NCBI RefSeq assembly: GCF_000009045.1
Contig: NC_000964.3
Location: 4,080,001 to 4,112,000, forward strand
Direction of reading: 5' to 3'
Origin: Bacillus subtilis subsp. subtilis str. 168
GTDB lineage: Bacteria; Bacillota; Bacilli; Bacillales; Bacillaceae
DNA length: 32,000 nucleotides
In this document: one piece after another, positions 1-9,428 of the stretch
How positions within the stretch are numbered: the first letter of the stretch is position 1
Layout: every line of letters starts with the position of its first letter
Position numbers and translations under genes: made by a program
Notes under the pieces: model-generated
The model's input: the letters and a program-made list of their open reading frames with translations, nothing else
What the model was told of the DNA's origin: nothing
Databases searched by the model: none

Positions 1-996
1 TCGGCTGACGTTAATGTTCAAAAACTTCGCTTTATCAAAATCAAAAGCGGTCTTAGAGGATGTCGCAAAATCTGTATACCTTGTGCCGATGCCGATAATC
101 AAATCAGCTTGGCGGGCCGCTTTGTTTGCCGCAAGTGTACCTGTGATGCCCATTCCGCCAAGGTTGTTCGCAAAATCTGCCTCAACGGTAGACTTTCCTG
201 CCTGCGTTTCAACTAACGGAATGTTATAGGCTTCAGAAATGGCAACCAATTCATCGCGCGCACCGGAATATTTTGCGCCTCCGCCGACGAGAATCACAGG
301 TTTTTTGCTGGATTTAATCAGCTCCGCCGCACCTTGAAGCTCGCGCTCGCTCGGCTGCATGCGATCAATATAGTGAACCCGTTTGACGAAGAAACTTTCA
401 TCAAAATCGTATGCTTCCCCTTCAACATCCTGAGAAATACAAATCGTTGCCGGACCTGCTTTTGCCGGATCAGTCATGACTTCAAACGCGCGCAGCAAAC
501 TGCTCATCAGCTGCTCAGGGCGCGTAATGCGGTCCCAGTATCTCGATACAGGCTTCAATGCATCGTTTGTCGTAATCGCCGCACTGTATTCTTGCTCCAT
601 TTGCTGCAGTACAGGGTCTGGCTGTCTTGTCGCAAATGTGTCTGCCGGAATCAAGAGAACTGGGATATTATTTGCCAATGCAGTGCCGGCTGCCGCCACC
701 AAGTTAGCCGCTCCAGGTCCGACGGATGTAGACACCGCATATATTTTTCTTCTCAGCATTTGCTTGCTGTACGCCATGGCCGCATGCGCCATTCCTTGTT
801 CATTTTTCCCTTGATAGACTTTCAAATGGCCTGCATCCTGCTCAAGCGCCTGCCCGATCCCTAATACGTTTCCATGACCGAAAATCGTGAAGATCCCTTC
901 GACAAAAGGCTCTTCCTTTCCATCTACATGGATGTACTGCTGGTTTAAGAATTTAATCAGCGCCTGCGCAGTTGTTAAGCGAATTTTCTTACCCAC
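1..996 (-). CDS. iolD: IolD, 3D-(3,5/4)-trihydroxycyclohexane-1,2-dione hydrolase (ThDP-dependent); N-terminal 332 codons, 3' end lies beyond the window edge
   Basis: The minus-strand frame is open from the GTG at 996-994, preceded by AAAGGTGGGA, to position 1. It translates [79 protein letters not shown]..., a ThDP-enzyme N-terminal domain. It lies directly downstream of iolC as in the iolABCD order. It is absent from the ORF track because it is truncated. Confidence 0.9.
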   Translation of the reverse strand, partial: MGKKIRLTTAQALIKFLNQQYIHVDGKEEPFVEGIFTIFGHGNVLGIGQALEQDAGHLKVYQGKNEQGMAHAAMAYSKQMLRRKIYAVSTSVGPGAANLVAAAGTALANNIPVLLIPADTFATRQPDPVLQQMEQEYSAAITTNDALKPVSRYWDRITRPEQLMSSLLRAFEVMTDPAKAGPATICISQDVEGEAYDFDESFFVKRVHYIDRMQPSERELQGAAELIKSSKKPVILVGGGAKYSGARDELVAISEAYNIPLVETQAGKSTVEADFANNLGGMGITGTLAANKAARQADLIIGIGTRYTDFATSSKTAFDFDKAKFLNINVSR

Positions 997-1028
997 AAAC
1001 GATCCCACCTTTACTCGATCTTTTTCAA

Positions 1029-2006
1029 TTATGACTGTGCTTCAATAAGCTGTTCGATTTCTTCCGCAGTCGGCATCGCTTCTGACGAACTGTGCTTGCT
1101 CACCACAATGGAGGCTGAAGCACTGCCGTATTTCAATGCCGTTTCAATGTCTTTTCCGCTGACAAGGCCATAGATAAAGGCTGACGCATAGGAGTCACCG
1201 GCCCCAAAGGTTTTCAGCACTTTTGTCTTGTACGCTTGAGCGCGGAATACCTCGCCGGATTTGCTGTATGCGTAAGAGCCTTCGACGCCGTGTTTGATGA
1301 CAACGAGGTCGGCTGAATGGCCAAATAAATGATTGACGGATTCTTCATTGCTTCCGCCTGTGCGGTTTTCCATCACATCAAATTCATCGCGTGTGCCGAT
1401 GACGATATCAGACTGCTCGGCAACCAAAGAATAATAAACGGCTGTTTCATCTGATGACTGCCACGTATATGGCCGGTAATCCAGTTCGAATACCACCTTA
1501 ACCTGATGCTTTTTCGCGTATTGAACAGCTTTTAACACCGCTTCCCGTGACGGGCTTTTGGCGAGCGCTGTCCCGGAGACAAGCAGCATTTTCGCATTTG
1601 CGATATAGTCCTCACTTACCTCTGAAGGCTCAAGATAAAGATCCGCCACATCATCGCGATACATTAAGATGCTGCATTCTTCAGGGCTGAGGATTTCTGT
1701 AAATGCAAGGCCTGCTTTGTGTCCATCTTGATCAACAATCATCTGTGTAGTATCCACGCCGGTCTTTCTCATATAGGACTCTATGAATCTTCCATGCTGG
1801 TCATCCGGAATTTTGCCGATGAAGCCCGCTTTTAAGCCAAGCTTCGCGCTGCCGATCGCGATATTCGCAGGTGAACCGCCGACATATTTCGAAAATGTCA
1901 TCGTTTCTTCCATTGGGCGGTTGTATTCGACTGCGTTCAGATCAATACATGCCCGGCCGATGGCAACAATATCAAAAGCCTTCTCTTCATTGAATGTATA
2001 CTTCAT
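1029..2006 (-). CDS. iolC: IolC, 5-dehydro-2-deoxygluconokinase (PfkB/ribokinase family)
   Basis: This is track ORF 1029..2048 trimmed to the ATG at 2006 ([24 protein letters not shown]...), which is preceded by GAGGAGTGG. It has the PfkB motifs GGSPANIA and the C-terminal [10 protein letters not shown]. The resulting length is 325 aa. Confidence 0.93.
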   Translation of the reverse strand: MKYTFNEEKAFDIVAIGRACIDLNAVEYNRPMEETMTFSKYVGGSPANIAIGSAKLGLKAGFIGKIPDDQHGRFIESYMRKTGVDTTQMIVDQDGHKAGLAFTEILSPEECSILMYRDDVADLYLEPSEVSEDYIANAKMLLVSGTALAKSPSREAVLKAVQYAKKHQVKVVFELDYRPYTWQSSDETAVYYSLVAEQSDIVIGTRDEFDVMENRTGGSNEESVNHLFGHSADLVVIKHGVEGSYAYSKSGEVFRAQAYKTKVLKTFGAGDSYASAFIYGLVSGKDIETALKYGSASASIVVSKHSSSEAMPTAEEIEQLIEAQS

Positions 2007-2029
2007 CGTAAACAGCCACTCCTCACTTG

Positions 2030-2845
2030 TTAGCGTTCTAAAATCCATTCATGCGCCGGGTCGTTATAAAACTTCCATTTTCGCGTCGGCCCTGCCATGA
2101 CATTTAAATAGTAGGATGTGTATCCGTCCGGAACGCCTACCGGGTGGTATCCCGCAGGAACGATGACAACGTTTTCATTTCCCACAGTCATTGTCTCGTC
2201 AATAGAACGGTCATCTGTGTATACGCGCTGAAACACAAAGCCCTGTCCCGGGTCTAACTCATGGTAGTACGTTTCTTCTAAGAAAGATTCTTCCGGCAAG
2301 TTGTCTTGGTCATGTTTGTGAGGCGGGTAGCTGGACCAGTTGCCGCTGTCTGTATAGACTTCAACTACTAATAGACTGTTAGCTGAAGGGTCTGAATCCG
2401 GAAGAATGTTATGAACAGTACGTTTGTTTGAAAATTGCCCGCGATGCTCAATTCCGTTGTCTTCCGCTTTGATCAGCTTTGTCGGAAGCTGCTTTTCCGA
2501 TGGAGAATAGCAAAGCGCCACTCTTGCGTCGCTGACCGCTGTGATCTCAAATGCACGGTCATTTGAAATATAGACGCTGTCTGTCGGTTTTCGTTCAAAT
2601 ACGCTTTCGCGCGTGCCGATATTCTCAAAAGTCGACTCATGATCTGTCACTGTAATTTTCCCCGTTACCGCCACAATACAGATTTCTTGTTTTTTCAATT
2701 CTTCTGTATAGCTTGAACCTGATGCAAGATCTAACACTTTAAACTCTACATAAGTGAGATCAGAGTTGGATGTCGTTACTTCGTGCACGAGTTTGACCCC
2801 ATTAGACACTTCATGCGACTGCGGCTTACGCAACAAATAACTCAT
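2030..2845 (-). CDS. iolB: IolB, 5-deoxy-glucuronate isomerase
   Basis: A 271-aa ORF (MSYLLRKPQSHEVSNGVKLVHEV...) lies between iolA and iolC in the operon order, with a GGAGGG-type SD upstream. Confidence 0.93.
   Translation of the reverse strand: MSYLLRKPQSHEVSNGVKLVHEVTTSNSDLTYVEFKVLDLASGSSYTEELKKQEICIVAVTGKITVTDHESTFENIGTRESVFERKPTDSVYISNDRAFEITAVSDARVALCYSPSEKQLPTKLIKAEDNGIEHRGQFSNKRTVHNILPDSDPSANSLLVVEVYTDSGNWSSYPPHKHDQDNLPEESFLEETYYHELDPGQGFVFQRVYTDDRSIDETMTVGNENVVIVPAGYHPVGVPDGYTSYYLNVMAGPTRKWKFYNDPAHEWILER
2164..2177 (-). promoter_or_regulatory. Catabolite-responsive element (cre, CcpA site) inside the iolB coding sequence
   Basis: The minus strand reads TGAAAACGTTGTCA, a full match to the cre consensus TGWAANCGNTNWCA. 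An intragenic cre in iolB is known for the B. subtilis iol operon. Confidence 0.75.
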
Positions 2846-2919
2846 AGAGAAGCCCTCCTCTTTCTATTGGCAGAATGAGTCCGAACAGCGCACATGGACG
2901 CCGTTCGGCTGTTCGTCGT

Positions 2920-4383
2920 TTAGTTGAAATCAGGTGCCGGATATCTTGCCGTCACCACTTTTTTACGTGTATAGAAGTCGACGCTGTCTTTTCCGTTCGC
3001 ATGCAGCGTTCCAAAGAATGAAGATTTCCAGCCTGAGAATGGGAAGAACGCCATTGGAGCCGGCACACCAAGGTTGATGCCTAGCATTCCCGCATCAATG
3101 TTTTCACGGAAGTAGCGGATTGCGTTTGAGTTGGATGTGAACAAGCAGGCGCCGTTCGCAAACTCAGACTTATTGGCGATTTCAATCGCTTCTTTCAGGT
3201 TTTTCACACGGATGACAGATAAGACCGGAGCGAAAATTTCATCTTTCCAGATCGTCATTTCTGTTGTGACATTGTCAAAGATCGTCGGGCCGACAAAGTA
3301 GCCGTCGTCAGACACATTTTCACGTCCGTCACATACGAGTCTGGCACCTTCTTCAAGACCTTTTTCGATATAGCTGAGCGTGCGCTTCTTGTTGTCTTCG
3401 CGAATCACCGGTCCTAAGAACACGCCGTCATCAAGGCCGTTACCGATTTTAATGTCCGCCACTTTTTCCTGCAGCTTCGCCATAAATTCATCGGCGATTC
3501 CTTCTTCAACTGTCACAACCGCACAAGCCATGCAGCGTTCACCGGCAGAACCGAAGGCAGCTCCAACGATGTTTGTAACCGTGTCTTCAAGATTCGCATC
3601 GTTCAAGACAATCGTATGGTTTTTCGCGCCAGTCAGAGATTGAACGCGTTTTAAGTTTTCGCTTCCTTTTTTGTAGACGTATTCGCCTACTGGCTTGGAG
3701 CCTACAAATGAAATCGCTTTAATTTCGGGATGCTCGAGGATGCCGTTCACAACGTCATGCGCACCGTATACGACGTTGAACACCCCTTTCGGAAGGCCCG
3801 CTTTTTCAAAAAGCTCAACCAATTTCTCTGTTAACAGCGGAGTCCGCTCAGATGGCTTTAAAATAAATGTGTTGCCGAGCGCGATCGCCATCGGGAACAT
3901 CCAGCAAGGAACCATCATCGGGAAGTTGAATGGCGCGATTCCGCCGACAACTCCGATTGGGTAACGGTAGTTCGCCGCTTCAACGTCCGTTGCGATGGAA
4001 GCAAGTGAGTCACCCATCATCAGGGAAGGTGCTCCAGCGGCGAACTCTACGTTTTCAATCCCGCGTCCCACTTCACCTAAAGCTTCTTTCGTGTTTTTTC
4101 CGTTTTCAATGGTAATTAGATGAGCAAGTTCTTCTTTATGCTGAGACAGCAGCTGCTGGAAGTTAAATAGAATTCTGGCGCGGCGAGGAACCGCCACCTT
4201 TGACCATGTTTTAAATGCTTCAGCCGCTGTTTGCGCTGCGTAATCAATATCCTCTTTTGTAGAAATCGGCACTTGGCATAGCACTTCTTTCGTCGCCGGA
4301 TTGACGACATCTTCATATTGATCTGTTTTGCTTTCAACCCATTCACCGTTGATGTAGTTTTTTAATTTTCTGATTTCTGCCAT
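2920..4383 (-). CDS. iolA: IolA/MmsA, (methyl)malonate-semialdehyde dehydrogenase (CoA-acylating)
   Basis: This is track ORF 2920..4413 trimmed to the ATG at 4383 ([33 protein letters not shown]...), which is preceded by AAGGAGGCAA. It is an aldehyde dehydrogenase superfamily protein with a catalytic Cys context (GERCMA). The length is 487 aa. Confidence 0.94.
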   Translation of the reverse strand: MAEIRKLKNYINGEWVESKTDQYEDVVNPATKEVLCQVPISTKEDIDYAAQTAAEAFKTWSKVAVPRRARILFNFQQLLSQHKEELAHLITIENGKNTKEALGEVGRGIENVEFAAGAPSLMMGDSLASIATDVEAANYRYPIGVVGGIAPFNFPMMVPCWMFPMAIALGNTFILKPSERTPLLTEKLVELFEKAGLPKGVFNVVYGAHDVVNGILEHPEIKAISFVGSKPVGEYVYKKGSENLKRVQSLTGAKNHTIVLNDANLEDTVTNIVGAAFGSAGERCMACAVVTVEEGIADEFMAKLQEKVADIKIGNGLDDGVFLGPVIREDNKKRTLSYIEKGLEEGARLVCDGRENVSDDGYFVGPTIFDNVTTEMTIWKDEIFAPVLSVIRVKNLKEAIEIANKSEFANGACLFTSNSNAIRYFRENIDAGMLGINLGVPAPMAFFPFSGWKSSFFGTLHANGKDSVDFYTRKKVVTARYPAPDFN

Positions 4384-4474
4384 TCTTATTGCCTCCTTCA
4401 TTAGTAAACACATACACTTGTATGGATGGTTCCGGATAGATTCATATCAATATCCACTTTTCAGCAAGCCAAGA

Positions 4475-4488
4475 ATTAAACGCTTTCA
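4475..4488 (-). promoter_or_regulatory. cre-like element in the iol leader
   Basis: The minus strand reads TGAAAGCGTTTAAT, matching 12 of 14 positions of TGWAANCGNTNWCA. It lies between the iol promoter and the iolA start, where a promoter-proximal cre is described for this operon. Confidence 0.55.
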
Positions 4489-4580
4489 AAAACACCAAAA
4501 AAATAAATGGCGGATGCATATTTACATACAAGCAACCATTTCATGCACAACAGGTTACTTTTTGGTCATTTCTTGGTTAT

Positions 4581-4609
4581 ATTCTAATCGCATAATACCC
4601 ATAAGTCAA
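4581..4609 (-). promoter_or_regulatory. Sigma-A promoter of the iol operon
   Basis: The minus strand reads TTGACT (4609-4604), a 17-nt spacer, then TAGAAT (4586-4581). This gives a leader of about 190 nt before iolA. Confidence 0.7.
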
Positions 4610-4691
4610 TCATAAACACTACATTTTTTCATTATTTTTATTATATTAATCTTTTAATCAAGTAAGAGAAGTAAGAGAAGGCCGTCCAATC

Positions 4692-4720
4692 TTGCAAAAG
4701 ATATACACCGATGTTATCAT
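4692..4720 (+). promoter_or_regulatory. Sigma-A promoter of the divergent iolRS operon
   Basis: TTGCAA (4692-4697), a 17-nt spacer, then TATCAT (4715-4720), about 80 nt upstream of the iolR ATG. Confidence 0.6.
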
Positions 4721-4798
4721 TTTTAAGCAACTATTGATTAACTTTTGGTTTTTATTATATATTTATGTTACGTAAAGATTCAAGAAGGAGTTTTTTAT

Positions 4799-5554
4799 AT
4801 GAAACTGATGCGGATTCAGGAAATGGAGGAGTACATTTTATCGCATGGCACTGTTTCCTTAGATGAGCTGTGCCAGGTGTTCAATGTCTCCAAAAACACA
4901 GTCAGACGTGATATCAACAAGCTAACAGAAAAGGGTGCGATTGAAAAAGTATACGGCGGCGTAACATCTATTGAAAAAACCGCATTAGTTCCTTTTGAAA
5001 ATCGCACCATTCAGCACCAGGATGAAAAAACAAAAATCGCCCATTATGCTTCCCGATTTATTGAAGATCACGATTTGGTCTTCATTGATTCAGGAACGAC
5101 GACAAAGTCTATTCTTGATACGCTTGATCCAGCCAAAAATGTCACCATCTTAACCAACAGTTTAGACATTATCAATGCGGCGTCAGCTTTGAAGAATATC
5201 AACTTAATCATTATCGGAAACAACTATAAGAGAAAAACCCGCTCCTTTGTCGGCATGGACGACCCGGCTATGCTTGATAAGTACAATATCAACAAAGCCT
5301 TTATGTCCGCTACCGGAACGACGCTGACTCACGGATTGACCAATTCGGATCTGCTGGAGTATGAAATTAAAAAGAGGATTTCAGAAAAAGCAAAAGAAGT
5401 GTATCTATTGGCTGACCATTCTAAATTCGGAAAATCAACGCTTCTGACGTATGCACCGTTTGACAGGCTGCATTGCATTGTGACCTCTCAGCCATTAGAC
5501 GACGAGTACACGCAGTACTGCAATGAGCATCAAATCGGCATTCATCTGGCCTAA
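4799..5554 (+). CDS. iolR: IolR, DeoR-family repressor of the iol divergon
   Basis: The track ORF is trimmed to the ATG at 4799 ([42 protein letters not shown]...), with SD AAGGAG at 4783-4788. It has a DeoR HTH followed by a sugar-phosphate-binding domain. The length is 251 aa. Confidence 0.94.
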
Positions 5555-5607
5555 CGTTTACAATAGTGTTGAGAGTCTATCATCCATTTTATTCTAGGAG
5601 GCAGATC

Positions 5608-6540
5608 ATGAAAAAAGCGAAGCTCGGAAAATCAGACTTGCAGGTATTCCCTATCGGATTAGGAACAAATGCTGTCGGAGGACATAACCTCTACCCGAAC
5701 CTAAATGAAGAAACCGGAAAAGAATTGGTGCGCGAGGCGATCCGTAATGGCGTGACAATGTTAGACACCGCTTACATTTACGGGATCGGCCGTTCCGAAG
5801 AATTAATTGGTGAAGTGCTGCGTGAATTCAACCGTGAAGATGTTGTCATCGCGACAAAAGCCGCTCACAGAAAACAAGGCAATGACTTTGTCTTTGATAA
5901 TTCACCAGATTTTCTTAAAAAATCAGTTGATGAAAGCCTGAAGCGCTTGAATACCGATTATATTGATTTGTTCTACATTCACTTCCCTGACGAACATACG
6001 CCTAAGGATGAAGCCGTTAACGCGCTGAATGAGATGAAGAAAGCCGGAAAAATCCGTTCCATCGGTGTATCCAACTTCTCTTTAGAGCAATTGAAAGAAG
6101 CAAACAAAGACGGTTTGGTAGATGTATTGCAAGGCGAATACAACCTGTTAAACCGTGAAGCGGAAAAAACATTCTTCCCGTATACGAAGGAGCATAATAT
6201 TTCATTTATCCCTTACTTCCCTCTCGTATCAGGTTTATTGGCAGGAAAGTATACAGAAGATACAACGTTCCCAGAAGGCGACCTGCGAAACGAACAGGAA
6301 CACTTCAAGGGTGAGCGTTTCAAAGAAAATATCAGAAAGGTCAACAAGCTTGCGCCGATTGCCGAAAAACACAACGTGGATATCCCTCACATCGTATTGG
6401 CCTGGTATTTAGCAAGACCGGAAATTGATATTTTAATCCCAGGAGCAAAACGTGCCGATCAGCTGATTGATAACATCAAAACAGCTGACGTGACGCTTTC
6501 TCAAGAGGATATTTCATTTATTGATAAGCTGTTCGCATAA
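5608..6540 (+). CDS. iolS: IolS, aldo-keto reductase
   Basis: The track ORF is trimmed to the ATG at 5608 ([25 protein letters not shown]...), preceded by TAGGAGG. It carries the AKR signature. The length is 310 aa. Confidence 0.93.
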
Positions 6541-6545
6541 GAAGA

Positions 6546-6581
6546 AAACAGCCTTCTCCAATGGAGAAGGCTGTTTTTTTG
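6546..6581 (+). terminator. Rho-independent terminator after iolS
   Basis: The hairpin is AACAGCCTTCTCC-AATG-GGAGAAGGCTGTT, followed by TTTTTTT. Confidence 0.85.
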
Positions 6582-6801
6582 TGCGATAAATTCCTAAATA
6601 ACTGATTTTGAAGCAAAACCTTACAAAATGAGCCATAAATCCGATAAAATAAAGGTAGTTTATCTCAGAAAGAAAGTGATTGAGAAAGCAAAAGTATGAA
6701 ACGTTCATATCATCTAGCTCATATGAAATAAAGCTGACCCAGCTTCTTTTATTTGCTGGTCAGAATAGCGGACCGTTTCGATGGTCTATGGAGGAAACAG
6801 A

Positions 6802-7452
6802 ATGAAACTTAAATATGTAAAAGCCTTAGTTGCAGTAACCGTTGCTTTAGGTGTACTGCTGCCATCAACGATTTCTCATGCAAAGAGCTTTAGCGGCCGC
6901 TCATCATCTAGTTACAGCAGCCGAAGTTCAAGCTCATCATACAGCGGAAGCTATAAATCAAGCCCGAAATCAAGCTACAGCTCAGGATCAAGCTCTTCTA
7001 GCAAAAAATCCAAGACGTCTGACGATTCATCATCATCGATTTCGCTTAAAAAGAAGCCTTCGGAAAAGGCAAGTTCATCAAGCTCTAAAAAATCGTCAGG
7101 CACCTTTTCCGGCGCTACATCAAAAGTAACCGGAAAGACATACAGCGGAAAAACGTCTAAAGCCTATGTTGGCGGACGTTATGTTTCAGTCAATCATTAC
7201 TATCACGCAGGTTTCGCGCCATCAGGATGGTTTGGATATTATAGCGGATTTACAATGGGTATGTTCATGATCAGCATGATGCACCCATGGGGTTACACCT
7301 ATCATCCAGTCGGAGGCCCCGGTTATGTTTCTTATGGCGCTTCACCCATTGCCTGGATCGTTGATATCATCGCTTTGATTATTATTTTAATCATTGTCAT
7401 CGCATTGATTCGCGCATTTAAAGCACCGAAGACGTACAGAAGGAGATTTTAG
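6802..7452 (+). CDS. yxcE: YxcE, Ser-rich low-complexity exported/membrane-anchored protein
   Basis: The start is the ATG at 6802, after GGAGGAAACAGA. The protein has a signal-like N-terminus (MKLKYVKALVAVTVALGVLLPSTISHA), about 100 aa of Ser/Lys-rich sequence, a Gly/Tyr/aromatic segment, and a C-terminal TM segment (IVDIIALIIILIIVIALI). Confidence 0.85.
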   Translation: MKLKYVKALVAVTVALGVLLPSTISHAKSFSGRSSSSYSSRSSSSSYSGSYKSSPKSSYSSGSSSSSKKSKTSDDSSSSISLKKKPSEKASSSSSKKSSGTFSGATSKVTGKTYSGKTSKAYVGGRYVSVNHYYHAGFAPSGWFGYYSGFTMGMFMISMMHPWGYTYHPVGGPGYVSYGASPIAWIVDIIALIIILIIVIALIRAFKAPKTYRRRF

Positions 7453-7455
7453 GCA

Positions 7456-7764
7456 ATGAGATTAATATTAAATGAGCAAGAAATTGTAGACGGAATTTGC
7501 GTGTATATTTCCAATGAAGAAGATATCTACCCTGAAGACGTTGAAGTAAAAGAACTATCGTACAACAAGCGTACAGGGTTCTTCGCTGAAGCTACATTTG
7601 GCCTGCACCACAAGCAGCTTATGTCAGATGACATTTCAGAAGGCATTATTCAGTTCTTAGAGGAATACCACAACTTCAATCCGGACGTTACCGTCGTTGA
7701 ATTGCAATTTGATAAGAAAAAAGGCTTCTCCGCCTTGGTTTTTGTCAACGAAGCAGAAGAATAA
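7456..7764 (+). CDS. yxcD: YxcD, small acidic protein of unknown function
   Basis: This 102-aa ORF starts 4 nt after the yxcE stop. The GGAG of the yxcE 3' end serves as its SD, which suggests translational coupling. Confidence 0.85.
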   Translation: MRLILNEQEIVDGICVYISNEEDIYPEDVEVKELSYNKRTGFFAEATFGLHHKQLMSDDISEGIIQFLEEYHNFNPDVTVVELQFDKKKGFSALVFVNEAEE

Positions 7765-7777
7765 AAATGTCTTAATC

Positions 7778-7808
7778 AAACCTTACTCCGCGCGGGTAAG
7801 GTTTTTTT
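7778..7808 (+). terminator. Rho-independent terminator after yxcD
   Basis: The hairpin is AACCTTAC-TCCGCGCG-GTAAGGTT, followed by TTTTTT. Confidence 0.8.
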
Positions 7809-7908
7809 AATGGTTTCTCTGAGCATAAAGTTATTTCGTTTTTCCTAAACTCAGCGGATCTGTGATCATCTCTTTTGGCTATAAAGTTTCCGTTTTTTCA
7901 AAACAAAT

Positions 7909-7935
7909 GTTTCAAATGAGATAGGAAATGGGTAC
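7909..7935 (+). promoter_or_regulatory. SigB-type promoter of csbC
   Basis: GTTTCA (7909-7914), a 15-nt spacer, then GGGTAC (7930-7935), compared with the SigB consensus GTTTAA-N12-15-GGGTAT. csbC is a known SigB-controlled gene. Confidence 0.6.
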
Positions 7936-8001
7936 TAATCTATTAACTTTGTTACATATTTTTAGATACTCATTGGCTCAACAACTGAGGAGGAGACATT
8001 T

Positions 8002-9387
8002 GTGAAGAAAGACACAAGGAAATATATGATCTACTTTTTCGGCGCTTTAGGGGGACTGCTATATGGTTACGATACAGGTGTTATCTCCGGAGCACTCCTG
8101 TTTATCAATAACGATATTCCTTTAACGACATTGACAGAAGGATTGGTTGTCAGCATGCTGCTCCTTGGCGCGATTTTCGGTTCTGCCTTGAGCGGCACAT
8201 GCTCAGACCGCTGGGGCAGGAGAAAGGTTGTATTTGTCCTTTCCATCATTTTTATTATCGGTGCGCTCGCTTGCGCATTTTCTCAAACAATCGGCATGCT
8301 GATTGCATCTAGGGTGATACTCGGGTTGGCCGTCGGCGGTTCAACGGCACTTGTGCCCGTGTATCTTTCCGAAATGGCACCGACGAAAATTCGCGGGACA
8401 CTCGGCACAATGAACAACTTAATGATTGTCACCGGGATTTTGCTCGCCTATATCGTTAACTACCTGTTCACACCGTTTGAAGCGTGGCGCTGGATGGTCG
8501 GTCTGGCTGCAGTGCCTGCCGTGCTTCTATTAATCGGCATCGCCTTCATGCCGGAATCGCCAAGATGGCTCGTGAAGCGCGGCAGCGAAGAAGAAGCGAG
8601 ACGCATCATGAACATCACTCATGACCCCAAAGACATCGAAATGGAATTGGCAGAGATGAAGCAAGGGGAAGCGGAGAAAAAAGAAACGACACTTGGCGTG
8701 CTGAAAGCCAAGTGGATTCGCCCTATGCTTCTGATTGGCGTCGGCCTTGCCATTTTCCAGCAGGCAGTCGGCATTAACACGGTCATCTACTACGCGCCAA
8801 CCATTTTTACGAAGGCCGGTCTTGGCACATCAGCTTCGGCGCTCGGCACAATGGGAATCGGCATCCTCAACGTCATCATGTGTATCACTGCCATGATCTT
8901 AATTGACCGTGTCGGCCGCAAAAAACTTCTGATCTGGGGAAGTGTCGGCATCACACTGAGCCTTGCTGCTTTATCAGGCGTGCTCCTGACACTGGGGCTT
9001 TCCGCATCAACAGCGTGGATGACAGTAGTCTTTCTCGGTGTCTATATCGTCTTTTACCAGGCGACATGGGGTCCGGTAGTGTGGGTGCTCATGCCTGAGC
9101 TCTTCCCGTCCAAAGCACGCGGAGCCGCGACAGGGTTCACGACTTTGGTGTTATCGGCGGCTAACCTGATCGTGTCGCTTGTCTTCCCGCTGATGCTAAG
9201 CGCGATGGGCATCGCATGGGTCTTTATGGTTTTCTCAGTCATTTGTCTTCTCTCATTTTTCTTCGCGTTCTACATGGTACCGGAAACCAAAGGGAAAAGC
9301 TTGGAGGAAATTGAAGCAAGCCTGAAAAAACGGTTTAAAAAGAAGAAAAGCACCCAAAACCAAGTGCTGAATGAGCGTACATTATAA
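8002..9387 (+). CDS. csbC: CsbC, MFS sugar:H+ symporter-family transporter (general stress)
   Basis: This 461-aa ORF starts at a GTG after GAGGAGGAG. It carries the sugar-porter motifs GRRK, PESPRWL and PETKG, and has 12 predicted TM segments. Confidence 0.94.
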   Translation: MKKDTRKYMIYFFGALGGLLYGYDTGVISGALLFINNDIPLTTLTEGLVVSMLLLGAIFGSALSGTCSDRWGRRKVVFVLSIIFIIGALACAFSQTIGMLIASRVILGLAVGGSTALVPVYLSEMAPTKIRGTLGTMNNLMIVTGILLAYIVNYLFTPFEAWRWMVGLAAVPAVLLLIGIAFMPESPRWLVKRGSEEEARRIMNITHDPKDIEMELAEMKQGEAEKKETTLGVLKAKWIRPMLLIGVGLAIFQQAVGINTVIYYAPTIFTKAGLGTSASALGTMGIGILNVIMCITAMILIDRVGRKKLLIWGSVGITLSLAALSGVLLTLGLSASTAWMTVVFLGVYIVFYQATWGPVVWVLMPELFPSKARGAATGFTTLVLSAANLIVSLVFPLMLSAMGIAWVFMVFSVICLLSFFFAFYMVPETKGKSLEEIEASLKKRFKKKKSTQNQVLNERTL

Positions 9388-9426
9388 AAAAAGGAATCGT
9401 CTCCTTATGAGACGATTCCTTTTTCT
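9385..9426. terminator. Bidirectional terminator shared by convergent csbC and htpG
   Basis: The hairpin AAGGAATCGTCTC-CTTAT-GAGACGATTCCTT is flanked by an A-run on the left and a T-run on the right. Confidence 0.85.
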
Positions 9427-9428
9427 GT

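Noticed and set aside
334-864. The long + strand ORFs 334..864 and 476..814 could be genes.
   Set aside because: They are antisense shadows of iolD, whose minus-strand frame gives a clean ThDP-enzyme translation. They have Cys/Arg-rich implausible composition and no SD.
4745-4798. Several ORF-track entries have N-terminal extensions (iolR 4745, iolS 5566, iolA 4413, iolC 2048, htpG 11351, yxbG 11791, yxbF 13852, yxbC 16952, yxbB 17395, yxbA 18108, asnH 18911, yxaL 23676, yxaI 24381, yxaH 26146, yxcE 6781).
   Set aside because: In each case a downstream start has a proper Shine-Dalgarno at 5-10 nt and gives a canonical N-terminus, for example MCGLAG for AsnH. The upstream extension lacks an RBS or runs through a promoter or terminator.
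6733-6763. An imperfect hairpin (CTGACC(C)AGC...GCTGGTCAG) lies in the iolS-yxcE intergenic region.
   Set aside because: It has no T-tract and a bulged stem, and the true iolS terminator lies upstream at 6546-6581. I cannot assign it a function. ORF 6514..6708 on the minus strand here also lacks an RBS and looks spurious.
6851-7129. A 92-aa ORF lies in an alternative + frame inside yxcE.
   Set aside because: It is a by-product of the Ser-codon (AGC/TCA) repetitiveness of yxcE. It has no independent RBS and gives a His/Gln/Ala-rich shadow translation.
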